Assembly: GCA_038204565.1 (NCBI GenBank)
Contig: JBBRCU010000007.1
Location: 13,026 to 77,025, forward strand
Reading direction: 5' to 3'
DNA length: 64,000 nt
DNA from: Candidatus Limnocylindrales bacterium
GTDB lineage: Bacteria; Chloroflexota; Limnocylindria; Limnocylindrales; CSP1-4
Below are positions 14,905 to 24,446 of the stretch, piece by piece (position 1 is the first letter of the stretch; each line of letters opens with the position of its first letter). The notes beneath the pieces are model-generated. The model ran no database searches, had not been told where the DNA came from, and saw only the letters and a list, made by a program, of their open reading frames with translations. The translations under genes were made by a program, and so were the position numbers.

Positions 14905-16182
14905 ATGAGTGAATCATCCCTCGTCCTGCCCGAGTCGAACGACGGACGGGATGTCGCGAGCGCCCCCGTGAGCCCCCCAGCGGCGGCCGAGCTCGCTCCC
15001 TCCGGCCTTGCCCTCGAGGCACCGGACCCGGTCGGCTCCGTGGCCCCGGCCGCCGCCATCGACGCCGTCCCGATCAGCCCTGCCGACCGCCAGCGGCTCG
15101 ACGCGATGGTCGCCGCGTATCTCGACGCCGTCTCGAGCCTCGACCTACACGGAACCGAGTTCAGCGATCGGGTCCGCGACATCGGCGCTCTCGGTGACGA
15201 CGACATCCGCGCTTCGGCAGCGGTCTCGAGCCGGCTCCTCCAGAAGCCCCTGGCCACCCTTCAGGACAGTCGATTTGCGGAGTCGTCCGACGTCGGCCGG
15301 ACGCTCAAGAGCCTGCGCCAGGAGGTCGAGGCTCTCGACCCGTCGCGCCAGGGCGACCTGTTCAGCCCGCGGAAGCTCCTCGGCAAGCTCCCGTTCCGCG
15401 CCGGCGACCGGCTTCGCGACTACTTCGACCGGTACCGCTCGAGTCAGCACCAGCTCGACGCGATCATCGGCGCCCTCGATCGCGGCCGCGCCGAGCTCGA
15501 ACGGGACAACAGCGCGATTGCCACCGAAAAGGTCAATCTCTGGGCCGTCATGGGCCGGCTCCGCCGATATGCCTACCTCGCCGCGACCCTGGACACGGGT
15601 CTCGCCGAGCGGGTCGGCGCGATCGAGGCGAGCGACGGGGAGCGGGCAAGGACGCTCCGCGACGACCTCCTGTTCTCGGTCCGCCAGAAGCATCAGGACC
15701 TGCTGACCCAGCTCGCAGTCAGCGTCCAGGGGTACCTCGCCCTCGACGTCATCCGGCGCAACAATCTCGAGCTGATCAAGGGCGTCCAGCGAGCGACGAC
15801 GACAACGGTCTCGGCCCTCCGGACCGCGGTGATCGTCGCTCAGGCGATGGCCGACCAGAAGCTCGTCCTCGACCAGATCACCGCGCTCAACACGACGACC
15901 TCCAACCTGATCGAATCGACCGCGGCCATGCTCCGCCAGCAGTCGAGCGCGATCGCCGAGCAGGCGTCGTCGGCGACGGTCGACCTCGAGAAGCTCCAGA
16001 CGGCGTTCGCCAACATCTATGCCACGATGGACGAGATCGACACGTTCCGGGCCCGCGCCCTCGACACGATGGCCCTGACCGTGACTGCCCTGACCACCGA
16101 GATCGGCCGGTCGCAGGCGTATTTCGAGCGGGTTCGGACGAACGAGACGCAGCCCGGTCCGATCGATCAGCTCGGTGGCTAG
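14905..16182 (+). CDS. TelA/YaaN-like toxic anion resistance family protein
   Basis: A 425-aa soluble protein rich in coiled-coil. It has an acidic Ala/Pro-rich N-terminus followed by long heptad-rich helices (…LDAIIGALDRGRAELERDNSAIATEKVNLWAVMGRLRRYAYLAATLD…). This matches the size and character of PF05816 proteins from memory. Not verified by search. Confidence 0.45.
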   Translation: MSESSLVLPESNDGRDVASAPVSPPAAAELAPSGLALEAPDPVGSVAPAAAIDAVPISPADRQRLDAMVAAYLDAVSSLDLHGTEFSDRVRDIGALGDDDIRASAAVSSRLLQKPLATLQDSRFAESSDVGRTLKSLRQEVEALDPSRQGDLFSPRKLLGKLPFRAGDRLRDYFDRYRSSQHQLDAIIGALDRGRAELERDNSAIATEKVNLWAVMGRLRRYAYLAATLDTGLAERVGAIEASDGERARTLRDDLLFSVRQKHQDLLTQLAVSVQGYLALDVIRRNNLELIKGVQRATTTTVSALRTAVIVAQAMADQKLVLDQITALNTTTSNLIESTAAMLRQQSSAIAEQASSATVDLEKLQTAFANIYATMDEIDTFRARALDTMALTVTALTTEIGRSQAYFERVRTNETQPGPIDQLGG

Positions 16183-16191
16183 CCCGACGTC

Positions 16192-17481
16192 CTAGCCGGC
16201 CGCGACCGGCTCCGGCGGGTCGGTCACCGTTGTCGGCAGATCCGCGAGAAGCGGGTCCGTCCACGTCCACGCGGCGCCGTAGTGGGCCCCGACCGCGCCG
16301 TGGCGGGCCGCCTCGACCCGGAGCGGCAAGCCGAAGATCGAGATGAACCCGACCGCCGCCGCATGGTCAAACGCGTCGCCGGTGTCGTAGGTCGCGAGGT
16401 TCTTGTCATAGAGGGACAGCGGCGAACGTCGGCCGACCACGACCGCCGAGCCGTGATCGAGCCTGATCCGGACGTCGCCGGACACGACCCGCTGGGCTGA
16501 GGCAACGTAGCCGCGCAGATCGCGATGGAGGGCGCTGAACCACAGCCCGTCGTACGTCAGCTGGGCCAGCTCGCTCGCGACGAGCCGGTTGAACCGGAGC
16601 GTGTCCTTGGTCAGGGTCAGGCCCTCGAGCGCGTCGTGAGCGGCATGGAGAATCGTCGCGGCCGGAGCCTCGTAGATCTCGCGGCTCTTGATCCCGACCA
16701 GGCGATCCTCGACGTGGTCGATCCGGCCGACACCGTGCGCGCCGCCAAGCTCATGCAGCTGTTCGACCAGCTCGACCGGATCGAGGCGCTCGCCGTCGAT
16801 CGCCACCGGGATCCCGCCCTCGAACTCGATGACGAGCTCGACCGGGGCCGGCGCGTCGGACGGGGCGACGGTCCACTCGTAGGCGTCCGGCGGCGGCGTG
16901 ACCCATGGGTCCTCGAGGACGCCCGTCTCGCACGAGCGGCCCCACAGGTTGACATCGATCGAGTAGGGCGAGGCCTTCGTGATCGGGATCTCGATCCCGC
17001 GCTCGATCGCGTAGTCGATCTCCTGGTCGCGGGTCAGGCCCATCCCGACCCGCATGGGAGCGATCACCTCGAGCCCCGGATCGAGGGCGTGGACCGCGAC
17101 GTCGAAGCGGACCTGGTCGTTGCCCTTGCCCGTGCAACCGTGGGCGACCGCGTCCGCGCCCTCGCGCCGGGCCACCTCGACAAGGAGCTGGGCGATGAGC
17201 GGCCGGGCGAGGGCGGTGGCCAGCGGGTAGGCGTCCTGGTAGAGGGCGTCGGCCTGGAGATGCGGCCACACGAAATCGCGGACGAACCGATCGCGGGCGT
17301 CGACCACGTAGGCGCGCGACGCGCCGGCCGAGATCGCCCGCTTCTCGACGCCCGGCCGGAGCGAGCCACCGCCGACGTCGACGGTCAGGCAGACGACCTC
17401 GCAGTCGTACTTCTCGCGGAGCCAGGCGACGGCTACGGACGTATCGAGGCCGCCGGAGTAGGCGAGGACGACCTTCTTCAT
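16192..17481 (-). CDS. argG: argininosuccinate synthase
   Basis: MKKVVLAYSGGLDTSVAVAWL (PP-loop ATPase) and a type-1 ArgG body. It is 429 aa. Confidence 0.9.
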   Translation of the reverse strand: MKKVVLAYSGGLDTSVAVAWLREKYDCEVVCLTVDVGGGSLRPGVEKRAISAGASRAYVVDARDRFVRDFVWPHLQADALYQDAYPLATALARPLIAQLLVEVARREGADAVAHGCTGKGNDQVRFDVAVHALDPGLEVIAPMRVGMGLTRDQEIDYAIERGIEIPITKASPYSIDVNLWGRSCETGVLEDPWVTPPPDAYEWTVAPSDAPAPVELVIEFEGGIPVAIDGERLDPVELVEQLHELGGAHGVGRIDHVEDRLVGIKSREIYEAPAATILHAAHDALEGLTLTKDTLRFNRLVASELAQLTYDGLWFSALHRDLRGYVASAQRVVSGDVRIRLDHGSAVVVGRRSPLSLYDKNLATYDTGDAFDHAAAVGFISIFGLPLRVEAARHGAVGAHYGAAWTWTDPLLADLPTTVTDPPEPVAAG

Positions 17482-17530
17482 GGGTGCAACGGGCCTCCGA
17501 GGCTGGTGAGGAACGAGGTGGTGGATGACG

Positions 17531-18145
17531 TCATGGGCGACCGGCCGCCGCGGTGGCGACGATCCGCTCGAAGCGCCCGCGCCAGGCGCCGAGGCGGTCC
17601 TCGTCGGCGAATAGGACGAGGAGCGTGTTGTCGCCGGCCAGCGTCCCCTCCTGCTCGGTCAGGGTCGATTCGTCGATCGCCTGGGCGATGATGCTCGCGG
17701 TTCCGGGCGAGCCGGTCACGAGTAGAGTCAAGCCGCTCCGGCCGATCGCGACCGGAACGTCGGCAAGGATCCGGCGAAGACGCTCGTCGGTCCCCCCGGG
17801 CGAGTCGGCAGCGGGGGCGTCGCCGCGGAGGGTCTCCGGGAACACATATGCGCTGCTGCCGCCGCGATGGGCCTTGACCAGGCCGAGGTCGCCGATGTCG
17901 CGGCTCACCGTCGCCTGGGTCACCGCGAAGCCGCGCTCGTTCAGGCGATCGACGAGTTCCTGCTGGCTCCCGACCCCGGTCGGCCCGACGATGTCGCGGA
18001 TCGCCTCCTGACGGACGCGCTTCGAGCCGCTGCCCGAGCCGCCCGCTCCCGCGCCGCTGAGTGGCGCCACCGATGGAGTGCGGACCGCGAGGATCAGCGA
18101 ACTGCCGCCGGCCGGGCTCGCGCCGGTTGCGCAACGGCCGCGCAT
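17531..18145 (-). CDS. argR: arginine repressor
   Basis: Winged-helix region SQQELVDRLNERGFAVTQATVSRDIGDLGLVK and a C-terminal oligomerisation/arginine-binding domain (TLLVLFADEDR). The ATG overlaps the argB stop (TGATG). The N-terminal ~45 aa are Gly/Ser-rich, so the start could be later. Confidence 0.75.
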   Translation of the reverse strand: MRGRCATGASPAGGSSLILAVRTPSVAPLSGAGAGGSGSGSKRVRQEAIRDIVGPTGVGSQQELVDRLNERGFAVTQATVSRDIGDLGLVKAHRGGSSAYVFPETLRGDAPAADSPGGTDERLRRILADVPVAIGRSGLTLLVTGSPGTASIIAQAIDESTLTEQEGTLAGDNTLLVLFADEDRLGAWRGRFERIVATAAAGRP

Positions 18146-18930
18146 CAGGCGGCGCCCACGGCCGATCGACGCCGCGAGATCCGGGTACCGAACGTCGGGT
18201 CGGTGAGGGCGCGGGCGAGGGCGTCTGTGGCAGACGCGTCGGCGATGATCGCCTCGGATCCCTCCCAGGTCAGCGCCGCCAGGGCGGCCCGGATCTTCGG
18301 GACCATCCCGCCTGCGATCACTCCGGTCTCGATGAGCTGTTCGGCCTCGTCGCTCGTGAGCGTGTCGAGGCGGTTGCCCGCGGCGCCGCGGACCCCGTCG
18401 ACGTCCGTCATCAGGACGAGCTGGCGGGCGCCGAGCCCGGCGGCGATCCCGGCCGCGGCATCGTCGGCGTTGACGTTGCAGACGATGCCGTCCTCGTCCC
18501 GAGCGAGCGGAGCAACGACGGGGACCTGGCCGCCGACGAGGACCGCGTCGAGGAGGTCGCGGCGCAGGCCGACGACGTGGGCAACGAGCCCCATCCCCGG
18601 GACGCGCTCGCTGACGAGAAGGCCGCCGTCGACGCCCGACAGCCCGACAGCGTCGACGCCGAGGTCGCGGAGGCCGGCGACCAGCTCGCTGTTGACGACG
18701 CCGCGGAGGACGGCCGCGGCAACCTCGAGCGCCGCCTGATCGGTGACCCGGAGGCCGTTCTCGAACTTGGAGGCCACGCCCATTCGCTCGAGCCACTCGG
18801 TGATCCGCTTGCCGCCGCCGTGGACGAGCACGACCGGCCGGGACCGCGCGACCGCGGCCACCTCGGTGAGCACCTGGCTCTGGTCCGCGATCGTCGTGCC
18901 GCCCAGCTTGACGACCAGGATCTCGCTCAC
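18145..18930 (-). CDS. argB: acetylglutamate kinase
   Basis: VVKLGGTTI...VLVHGGGKRITEW...VCNVNADDAAAGIAAGL are amino-acid kinase family motifs. GTG start. Overlaps the argJ stop. Confidence 0.85.
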   Translation of the reverse strand: MSEILVVKLGGTTIADQSQVLTEVAAVARSRPVVLVHGGGKRITEWLERMGVASKFENGLRVTDQAALEVAAAVLRGVVNSELVAGLRDLGVDAVGLSGVDGGLLVSERVPGMGLVAHVVGLRRDLLDAVLVGGQVPVVAPLARDEDGIVCNVNADDAAAGIAAGLGARQLVLMTDVDGVRGAAGNRLDTLTSDEAEQLIETGVIAGGMVPKIRAALAALTWEGSEAIIADASATDALARALTDPTFGTRISRRRSAVGAA

Positions 18931-20324
18931 GTCGTGTATTCCGAGTTCTCGATGACGTACGTCTCTGTAAGGTCGCAGCCGAAGGCCTCGCCGTGGCCGT
19001 CGCCCAGGCCGAGGTCGAGCCGGACGAGCAGCTCCGGGCCCTCCATCGCCGCCCGCGCCGCCGCCCGATCGAACGCTACCGGACCTCCGGCCGCGCCGTC
19101 GAACACGAGATGACCGGCGATCGCGATCGCCAGCCGGTCGGGATCGAGTTCGGCCGGGGTGCCTGATCGGCTGCGGGCCGCCGACAAGGTGAGACCGCCG
19201 GCCGCGAGGACCGCCTCGTCGGCCAGCGTTGCGTTTCCGGCGGCGCCAGCGATCCGGCCCCAGTTCGGATCGCGCCCGTGGACCGCCGCCTTCACCAGCG
19301 ACGAGGAGATCACGGCGCGGGCAACCGCTCGGGCGTCGGCGTCATCGACCGCGCCGGACACCTGGCAGGTGATCAGCGTCGTCGCGCCCTCGCCGTCCGC
19401 AGCCTGCTGGCGGGCCAGGTCGCGCGCGACAGCCTCGATCGCCCTGCCCAGTTCGGCGGCCGAGTGCGTCCCGGCCGCGACCGGCGCGGCGCCTGCGGCA
19501 CCCGAGGCAAGAACGAAGACCGTGTCGTTGGTCGAGGTGTCGCCGTCGACGCTGAGCTGATCCCAGGTTCGCGCGGCGGCCGGGCGGAGCAGGCCGTGGA
19601 GCGTAGCCGGATCGACGGTCGCGTCGGTCAGGACGATCGACAACATCGTCGCCATGCGCGGATGGATCATCCCGACGCCCTTGGCGATCCCGGTGACCCG
19701 GATCGAACGGACCGCCAGCCCATCCGGGTCCGGCAGGGTGATCGTCGTCGTGGCAGCCTTCACGAGCGAGTCGGTCGTGCGGAGGGCTTCGGCAGCGGCC
19801 GCCAGCCCGGCGTCGGTGGGGGCCAGCGTCGGCGCCACGGCGGCGACCCCGGCCCGGACGATCTCGAGCGGCAGTCGCGTGCCGATGATCCCGGTCGAGA
19901 GCAGGAGCGTGTGGTCGCCGTCGATCGCGATGGCCTCGGCGAGGATGTCCGCCACGACGGCCTGATCGGCGTCGCCGGCCGCGCCGGTTGCGGCGTTCGC
20001 GCAGCCGCTTGTCGAGATGATCCCGCTGGCCCAGCCGAACCGGCCGCTGCCCGCCGGCTCCGTCGCCGCGAGATGGGCCTGTGACAGCCGCACGGGAGCC
20101 GCCGCGAACGCGTTCGGCGTGAAGACCGCGGCTACGGCCGCCGGCGCCCGGCGCCCATCGGGACCCGCATCGGTCGCGACGAGCGCCAGGTCCGGCCGGC
20201 CGGAGGCCTTGATCCCGGCCACGCCGCCGGTTGCGGCGAAGCCTCCCGGGATCGTGGCCCGCCGCTCGACCGGCGGGAGATCGGTCGAGAGCGCGCTGAG
20301 GAGCGGAGTGACGGCAATGGCCAT
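18927..20324 (-). CDS. argJ: bifunctional glutamate N-acetyltransferase / ornithine acetyltransferase
   Basis: GGVAGIKASGRPDLALV and the autoproteolytic ATML site (HPRMATMLSIVLTDA). It is 465 aa, somewhat longer than typical. Confidence 0.85.
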   Translation of the reverse strand: MAIAVTPLLSALSTDLPPVERRATIPGGFAATGGVAGIKASGRPDLALVATDAGPDGRRAPAAVAAVFTPNAFAAAPVRLSQAHLAATEPAGSGRFGWASGIISTSGCANAATGAAGDADQAVVADILAEAIAIDGDHTLLLSTGIIGTRLPLEIVRAGVAAVAPTLAPTDAGLAAAAEALRTTDSLVKAATTTITLPDPDGLAVRSIRVTGIAKGVGMIHPRMATMLSIVLTDATVDPATLHGLLRPAAARTWDQLSVDGDTSTNDTVFVLASGAAGAAPVAAGTHSAAELGRAIEAVARDLARQQAADGEGATTLITCQVSGAVDDADARAVARAVISSSLVKAAVHGRDPNWGRIAGAAGNATLADEAVLAAGGLTLSAARSRSGTPAELDPDRLAIAIAGHLVFDGAAGGPVAFDRAAARAAMEGPELLVRLDLGLGDGHGEAFGCDLTETYVIENSEYTT

Positions 20325-20337
20325 GGCGGTGCGGTCC

Positions 20338-21450
20338 CTATGGAGCGAGTGGGAGCTGCTCGAGACCGGCAGTCTCGGGCAGGCCGTGGACGAGGTTGAA
20401 CGCCTGGATCGCCTGACCGGCGGCGCCCTTCACCAGGTTGTCGATGACGCCGATCGCGAGGATCCGGGCCGTCCGCTCGTCGAGGTGGACGAAGACGCGG
20501 GCATGATTGCTGCCGAGGACGTGCTTGGTGGCCGGCGCGTCCCCGACGACCGTCACGAACGGCTCGCCATCGTAGGCCGCGGCATACAGGTGGTCGAGCT
20601 CGGCCTGGCTGGTCTGGCGGGTCGGCCGGACGTGACAGGCCGAGAGGATGCCGCGGGTCATCGGGATCAGGTGGGGCAGGAAATCGACCGGGGCCGCGCC
20701 GGGGTTCACGGCGCCCGTGGCGGCAGCGACCGCGGCGAGCTCCTGCTCGATCTCCGCGACGTGGCGATGACCGCCGATGCCGTAGGCCTTCACGCTCTCG
20801 TTGACGTTGCTGAACATGAGGTCGGCCTTCGTCTCGCGCCCGGCGCCCGACACGCCGCTCTTGGCGTCGACGACGAGGTCGCCGATCAGCCCCGCCCGGG
20901 CCAGGGGCGCGAGGGCGAGGAGCGTGGCGGTGGGGTAGCAGCCGGGCGACCCGACGATCGCGACCGGGCTCTCCCGAAGCGCTTCGAGCTCTGCCCGGTG
21001 GAGCTCTGGCAGGCCGTAGACCGCGCCGTTGAGCAGGTCGGCGCGGGGGTGCTCGAAGCCGTACCAGCGCGGATAGTCGGCCACGGCATGGAGCCGGAAA
21101 TCGGGTCCGAGGTCGACGATCGCGACGCCCGATTCGGCCAACGTCGGGACGATCTCCGCGGCCGCCCCATGCGGAAGAGCCAGGAACACGGCATCGGACG
21201 GCGGGATCGTGGCATCGACGGCGAGACCGGTCCCCGCGAGATGGGGGTGGACCCCGCCGACGGCGACATCGTGACGATCACGTCCGACGAGGCCGACGAT
21301 CTCGACCGCTGGGTGCCGACCCAACAACCGGATCAGCTCGGCGCCCGCATAACCGGTTGCGCCGACGATGGCCACCCGGATCCGGCGATCCCCGCTGGCA
21401 GGCCGCCGATCGATGACGGTCTCGAGCCTGCCCTCGGCCCCCGCGCTCAC
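20338..21450 (-). CDS. argC: N-acetyl-gamma-glutamyl-phosphate reductase
   Basis: IRVAIVGATGYAGAELIRLL (NAD-binding) and the catalytic GSPGCYPTA. The track start at 21450 is a GTG. The in-frame GTG near 21375 (VAIVGATGY) gives an E. coli-like N-terminus. Confidence 0.85.
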   Translation of the reverse strand: MSAGAEGRLETVIDRRPASGDRRIRVAIVGATGYAGAELIRLLGRHPAVEIVGLVGRDRHDVAVGGVHPHLAGTGLAVDATIPPSDAVFLALPHGAAAEIVPTLAESGVAIVDLGPDFRLHAVADYPRWYGFEHPRADLLNGAVYGLPELHRAELEALRESPVAIVGSPGCYPTATLLALAPLARAGLIGDLVVDAKSGVSGAGRETKADLMFSNVNESVKAYGIGGHRHVAEIEQELAAVAAATGAVNPGAAPVDFLPHLIPMTRGILSACHVRPTRQTSQAELDHLYAAAYDGEPFVTVVGDAPATKHVLGSNHARVFVHLDERTARILAIGVIDNLVKGAAGQAIQAFNLVHGLPETAGLEQLPLAP

Positions 21451-21513
21451 AGGCGCGCCGGCGCGCCGAGACGCGCGTGGTCCTTCGCAGAGGACGGGTT
21501 GTGGGTCATCACC

Positions 21514-21549
21514 GCATGACTATACAGGACGGACGCATAGTCATGCAAC
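21514..21549 (-). promoter_or_regulatory. putative tandem ARG boxes (ArgR operator) upstream of argC
   Basis: Reading the argC strand: TTGCATGACTATGCGT-ccgtc-CTGTATAGTCATGCGG. These are two ~16-bp imperfect palindromes (TGCAT...ATGC) in tandem, 65-100 nt upstream of the annotated argC start. The region is unusually AT-rich for this window. Confidence 0.35.
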
Positions 21550-21589
21550 AAGGGGTGACGACAGGCAGCCGCTTCGAGTCCCGCCGACC

Positions 21590-22078
21590 TCAGGCGAGGA
21601 TGTCGGGGCGCCGCTCCGGTCCGGTGACCAGGACCTCGCCCGAGGCCTCGTTGGGCTCGGAGCCGGTGCAGCGCATCCGGAAGTGATGGTGGACCTCGGT
21701 TGCGCCGGCGGAGAGCATGGCGTTGACCGGGCAATATTTCGACGCCGACAGCTCGACGGCGCGCCGGACCGCCGCTTCGAGGACGACGGTTCCCTCGACG
21801 ATGTGGGTCACGTCGATCCGGGTGAAGACCTGGGGATACTCGGCGCGCTGCTCGGCCCGGATGTCCACCCGGTACGTGTCGTAGACCTGCCGCTTCTTGG
21901 CGAGAATCGATACGACGTCCATCGCCGAGCAGGCTCCGAGGGCCGTCGCGAGCAGCTCGACCGGCGACTGCTCGTTGTGCTCTGCGTCGTCGCCGAACTC
22001 GAGCCGCCGGCCGGTGCCGGTGATCGCGCTGAAATGCATCCCGCCGTGATGGACGAGCTCCGCGCTTCGATGCTGCAT
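21590..22078 (-). CDS. OsmC/Ohr family protein
   Basis: LLATALGACSAMDVVSIL and SKYCPV are the conserved OsmC cysteine motifs. It is 162 aa. Confidence 0.8.
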   Translation of the reverse strand: MQHRSAELVHHGGMHFSAITGTGRRLEFGDDAEHNEQSPVELLATALGACSAMDVVSILAKKRQVYDTYRVDIRAEQRAEYPQVFTRIDVTHIVEGTVVLEAAVRRAVELSASKYCPVNAMLSAGATEVHHHFRMRCTGSEPNEASGEVLVTGPERRPDILA

Positions 22079-22159
22079 CTGCCCATCGTATCTGCGACGG
22101 ACAGGTCCCGGGGGCGGGCGGTCTCGTCGCGGCCGTGGACGCCGCGGGGGACGGCCGGG

Positions 22160-24439
22160 TCAGCCCCCGCGCGACCCGGGCAACGAGGGCAGGGCCGCGA
22201 GGAGCCGTCCGGCGAGGGCCGTCGAGAACGGCGTCGTCAGGTGATGGGCGTCACGGAACACGAGGTAGGACCCGATGACAGCCGGGCACGGTTCCGACGG
22301 GCAGACCCAGGGCGTCGGATCGATGAACGTTGCGCCGGCCGCAGCCGCCAGCCGGGCATCGTCGGCGGTGCGCCCGACGTCGACCGAGCTCGAGAAGGGC
22401 GTGGCACAGGCGAGCGTGTCGGCGAGATGCTTCGAGAGGCAGACCGGGACATCGAACTGCGAGCGCGGCGTGTCGCCGATCAGGACGACGTCATGGGTGA
22501 CGGCCGCCAGACGGCTGAGGGTCGTCGCGATCCCGGCGTCCCACAGGTCCGGCCGGTCCAGGGCCGTCGGCGTCGTCGTTCCGTCGAGGAGCAGATATGA
22601 GCGCGACATCGCCATGATCACCGCGGTCGGCCGGATCGTCCTGAGCGCCTGGAACACCCGTGTCCGCCAGTCGTCGCATTCGGTGTAGGCCCGGCCGAAG
22701 GCGGGGTAGTAGACCTCGACCGTCGCCGGCGTACAGGCGGACTTGGTGAAGGTGATCAGCTTCCAGCCCTTGACGCGGGCGAGACGGTCGAGAGCAGGAA
22801 ACCACTGGGCCGCGTGCGAATCGCCGAACAGGACCACGGACGTCGGTGAGCTGGGATCGCCGAAGACACAGGTCTTCGGCTCGGTCGTCTGCTGGTCGAG
22901 ATGACAGCCGTTGGCATAGATGGCCGGGTTGTCGTTCCCGACGGTCGCCAGCGACGGGGTGAGGTCGCGCGGGACCGGACCGCCGGCCGTTGCCGGACGC
23001 TGGCTCGGGGCGACGATCGGGCTGGCCGTCGCGCGACCGCCGGGATCGGAAGGACCCGGCTGGGCCGAGGGCCTGAGCGAGCCGAGAGGATCGGGCAGGA
23101 GGGCGTTCGGGTCGTCGGATGCGCGCGCAACCGTCTGCGGCAGGGACGCTTCGGCGGCCGAGCCGAGGCCGACCGAGAGGAGGGCCACGACCACGCTCGC
23201 CGTTCCGGCCAGGGCGAGGGTCCGGCGGACCCGGAAGCCGACCCACCGCCCATGCCGGATCGGGTCCTCGATCCAGCGCTGGCTTGCCGTGGCGACCCCG
23301 ACCGAGACGGCGGCCAGGGCCAGTCGCCCGACGAGCGGCAGCTCGCCGTCGATCGCCGCCGCCGGCAGGATCAGGATCGGCCAGTGCCACAGGTACAACG
23401 AGTAGGAGATCCGCCCGATGAACCGCATCACGGGCACGGAGAGGAATCGCACCGGGATGGTTCCGACTCCGGCGGCACCGCCGGCGATCACGAGTCCGGC
23501 GCCGACCGTCGGCAGGAGGGCAGCGGTCCCGGGAAATGGCGTCGACTGCTCGAGGATGAAGCCCGCCAGGGTCACCAGCCCCAGGCCCGCCGCGACCAGG
23601 ATCCCGCCAGCGAGACTCGGCAGACGGGCGAGCCGTTCCGCGCCAAGCGCCAGAAGGGCGCCCAGCCCGAGCTCCCAGGCTCGCGCCGGCAGCGAGAAGA
23701 ACGCCCACGGTTGCGACACGTTGGTGAGGACGAGCGAGATGGCGAATGACGCCATCGCGACGATCGCGACGGCGATGACCAGCCGGCGCGCGGTCGGGCC
23801 AGCGGCCCGGAGGGGCGTCGCGTGCCGTGGCCGGGCCCGCGGCTCGCGGACCGACATTCCCCGTCGCGTCGTCCGGCGACCGGCTCCGCCCCGAGACGCG
23901 AACGGCCAGGAGATGCGGCCGCCGAACGTTGCGACAGCGAGGAGCAGCGCCGGCCAGAACAGGTAGAACTGCTCTTCGACACCGAGCGACCAGAAGTGGA
24001 GGAGCGGCGACGGGGCCAGGTCGCTCGCCAGGTAGTCGGTCGCCTGGAACGCGAACCGCAGGTTCGAGACGTAGAGCGACGCGGCCGCGGCATCACCGGC
24101 CACGTCCGGCATCCGGAGCGGTGGCAGGAGAATCGCGGAGAGGACGATCGTGCCGGCGATCGTGACTGCCGCGGCGGGGAGGAGGCGCCGGGCCCGGCGG
24201 GCGTAGAACGCCGGGAGGTCGATCCGGCCCGTCGCGCGCAGTTCCCGCACGATCAAGCCGGTGATCAGGAAGCCCGACAGGACGAAGAAGACGTCGACCC
24301 CGACGTATCCGCCGCCGATCGCCGGAACGCCGGCGTGATAAAGCACGACCAGGATGACCGCCACGGCCCGGAGGCCCTCCAGCTCCGGTCGGAACGTGCC
24401 GCCCGGGGCGCTCCTGGCGTCAGGCGACGTCGAGCGCAT
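22160..24439 (-). CDS. acyltransferase family 3 (OafA/YrhL-like) protein with C-terminal SGNH/GDSL-like domain
   Basis: N-terminus LEGLRAVAVILVVLYHAGVPAIGGGYVGVDVFFVLSGFLIT and ~10 TM helices. It is followed by a ~330 aa extracytoplasmic domain with VVLFGDSHAAQW (SGNH-like). Confidence 0.75.
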   Translation of the reverse strand: MRSTSPDARSAPGGTFRPELEGLRAVAVILVVLYHAGVPAIGGGYVGVDVFFVLSGFLITGLIVRELRATGRIDLPAFYARRARRLLPAAAVTIAGTIVLSAILLPPLRMPDVAGDAAAASLYVSNLRFAFQATDYLASDLAPSPLLHFWSLGVEEQFYLFWPALLLAVATFGGRISWPFASRGGAGRRTTRRGMSVREPRARPRHATPLRAAGPTARRLVIAVAIVAMASFAISLVLTNVSQPWAFFSLPARAWELGLGALLALGAERLARLPSLAGGILVAAGLGLVTLAGFILEQSTPFPGTAALLPTVGAGLVIAGGAAGVGTIPVRFLSVPVMRFIGRISYSLYLWHWPILILPAAAIDGELPLVGRLALAAVSVGVATASQRWIEDPIRHGRWVGFRVRRTLALAGTASVVVALLSVGLGSAAEASLPQTVARASDDPNALLPDPLGSLRPSAQPGPSDPGGRATASPIVAPSQRPATAGGPVPRDLTPSLATVGNDNPAIYANGCHLDQQTTEPKTCVFGDPSSPTSVVLFGDSHAAQWFPALDRLARVKGWKLITFTKSACTPATVEVYYPAFGRAYTECDDWRTRVFQALRTIRPTAVIMAMSRSYLLLDGTTTPTALDRPDLWDAGIATTLSRLAAVTHDVVLIGDTPRSQFDVPVCLSKHLADTLACATPFSSSVDVGRTADDARLAAAAGATFIDPTPWVCPSEPCPAVIGSYLVFRDAHHLTTPFSTALAGRLLAALPSLPGSRGG

Positions 24440-24446
24440 CAGCGGC

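Noticed and set aside
21447-21734. A 95-aa minus-strand ORF covering the argC upstream region
   Set aside because: It overlaps the OsmC gene 3' end and the AT-rich operator region, and lacks features. The region is better explained as the argC promoter/ARG boxes.
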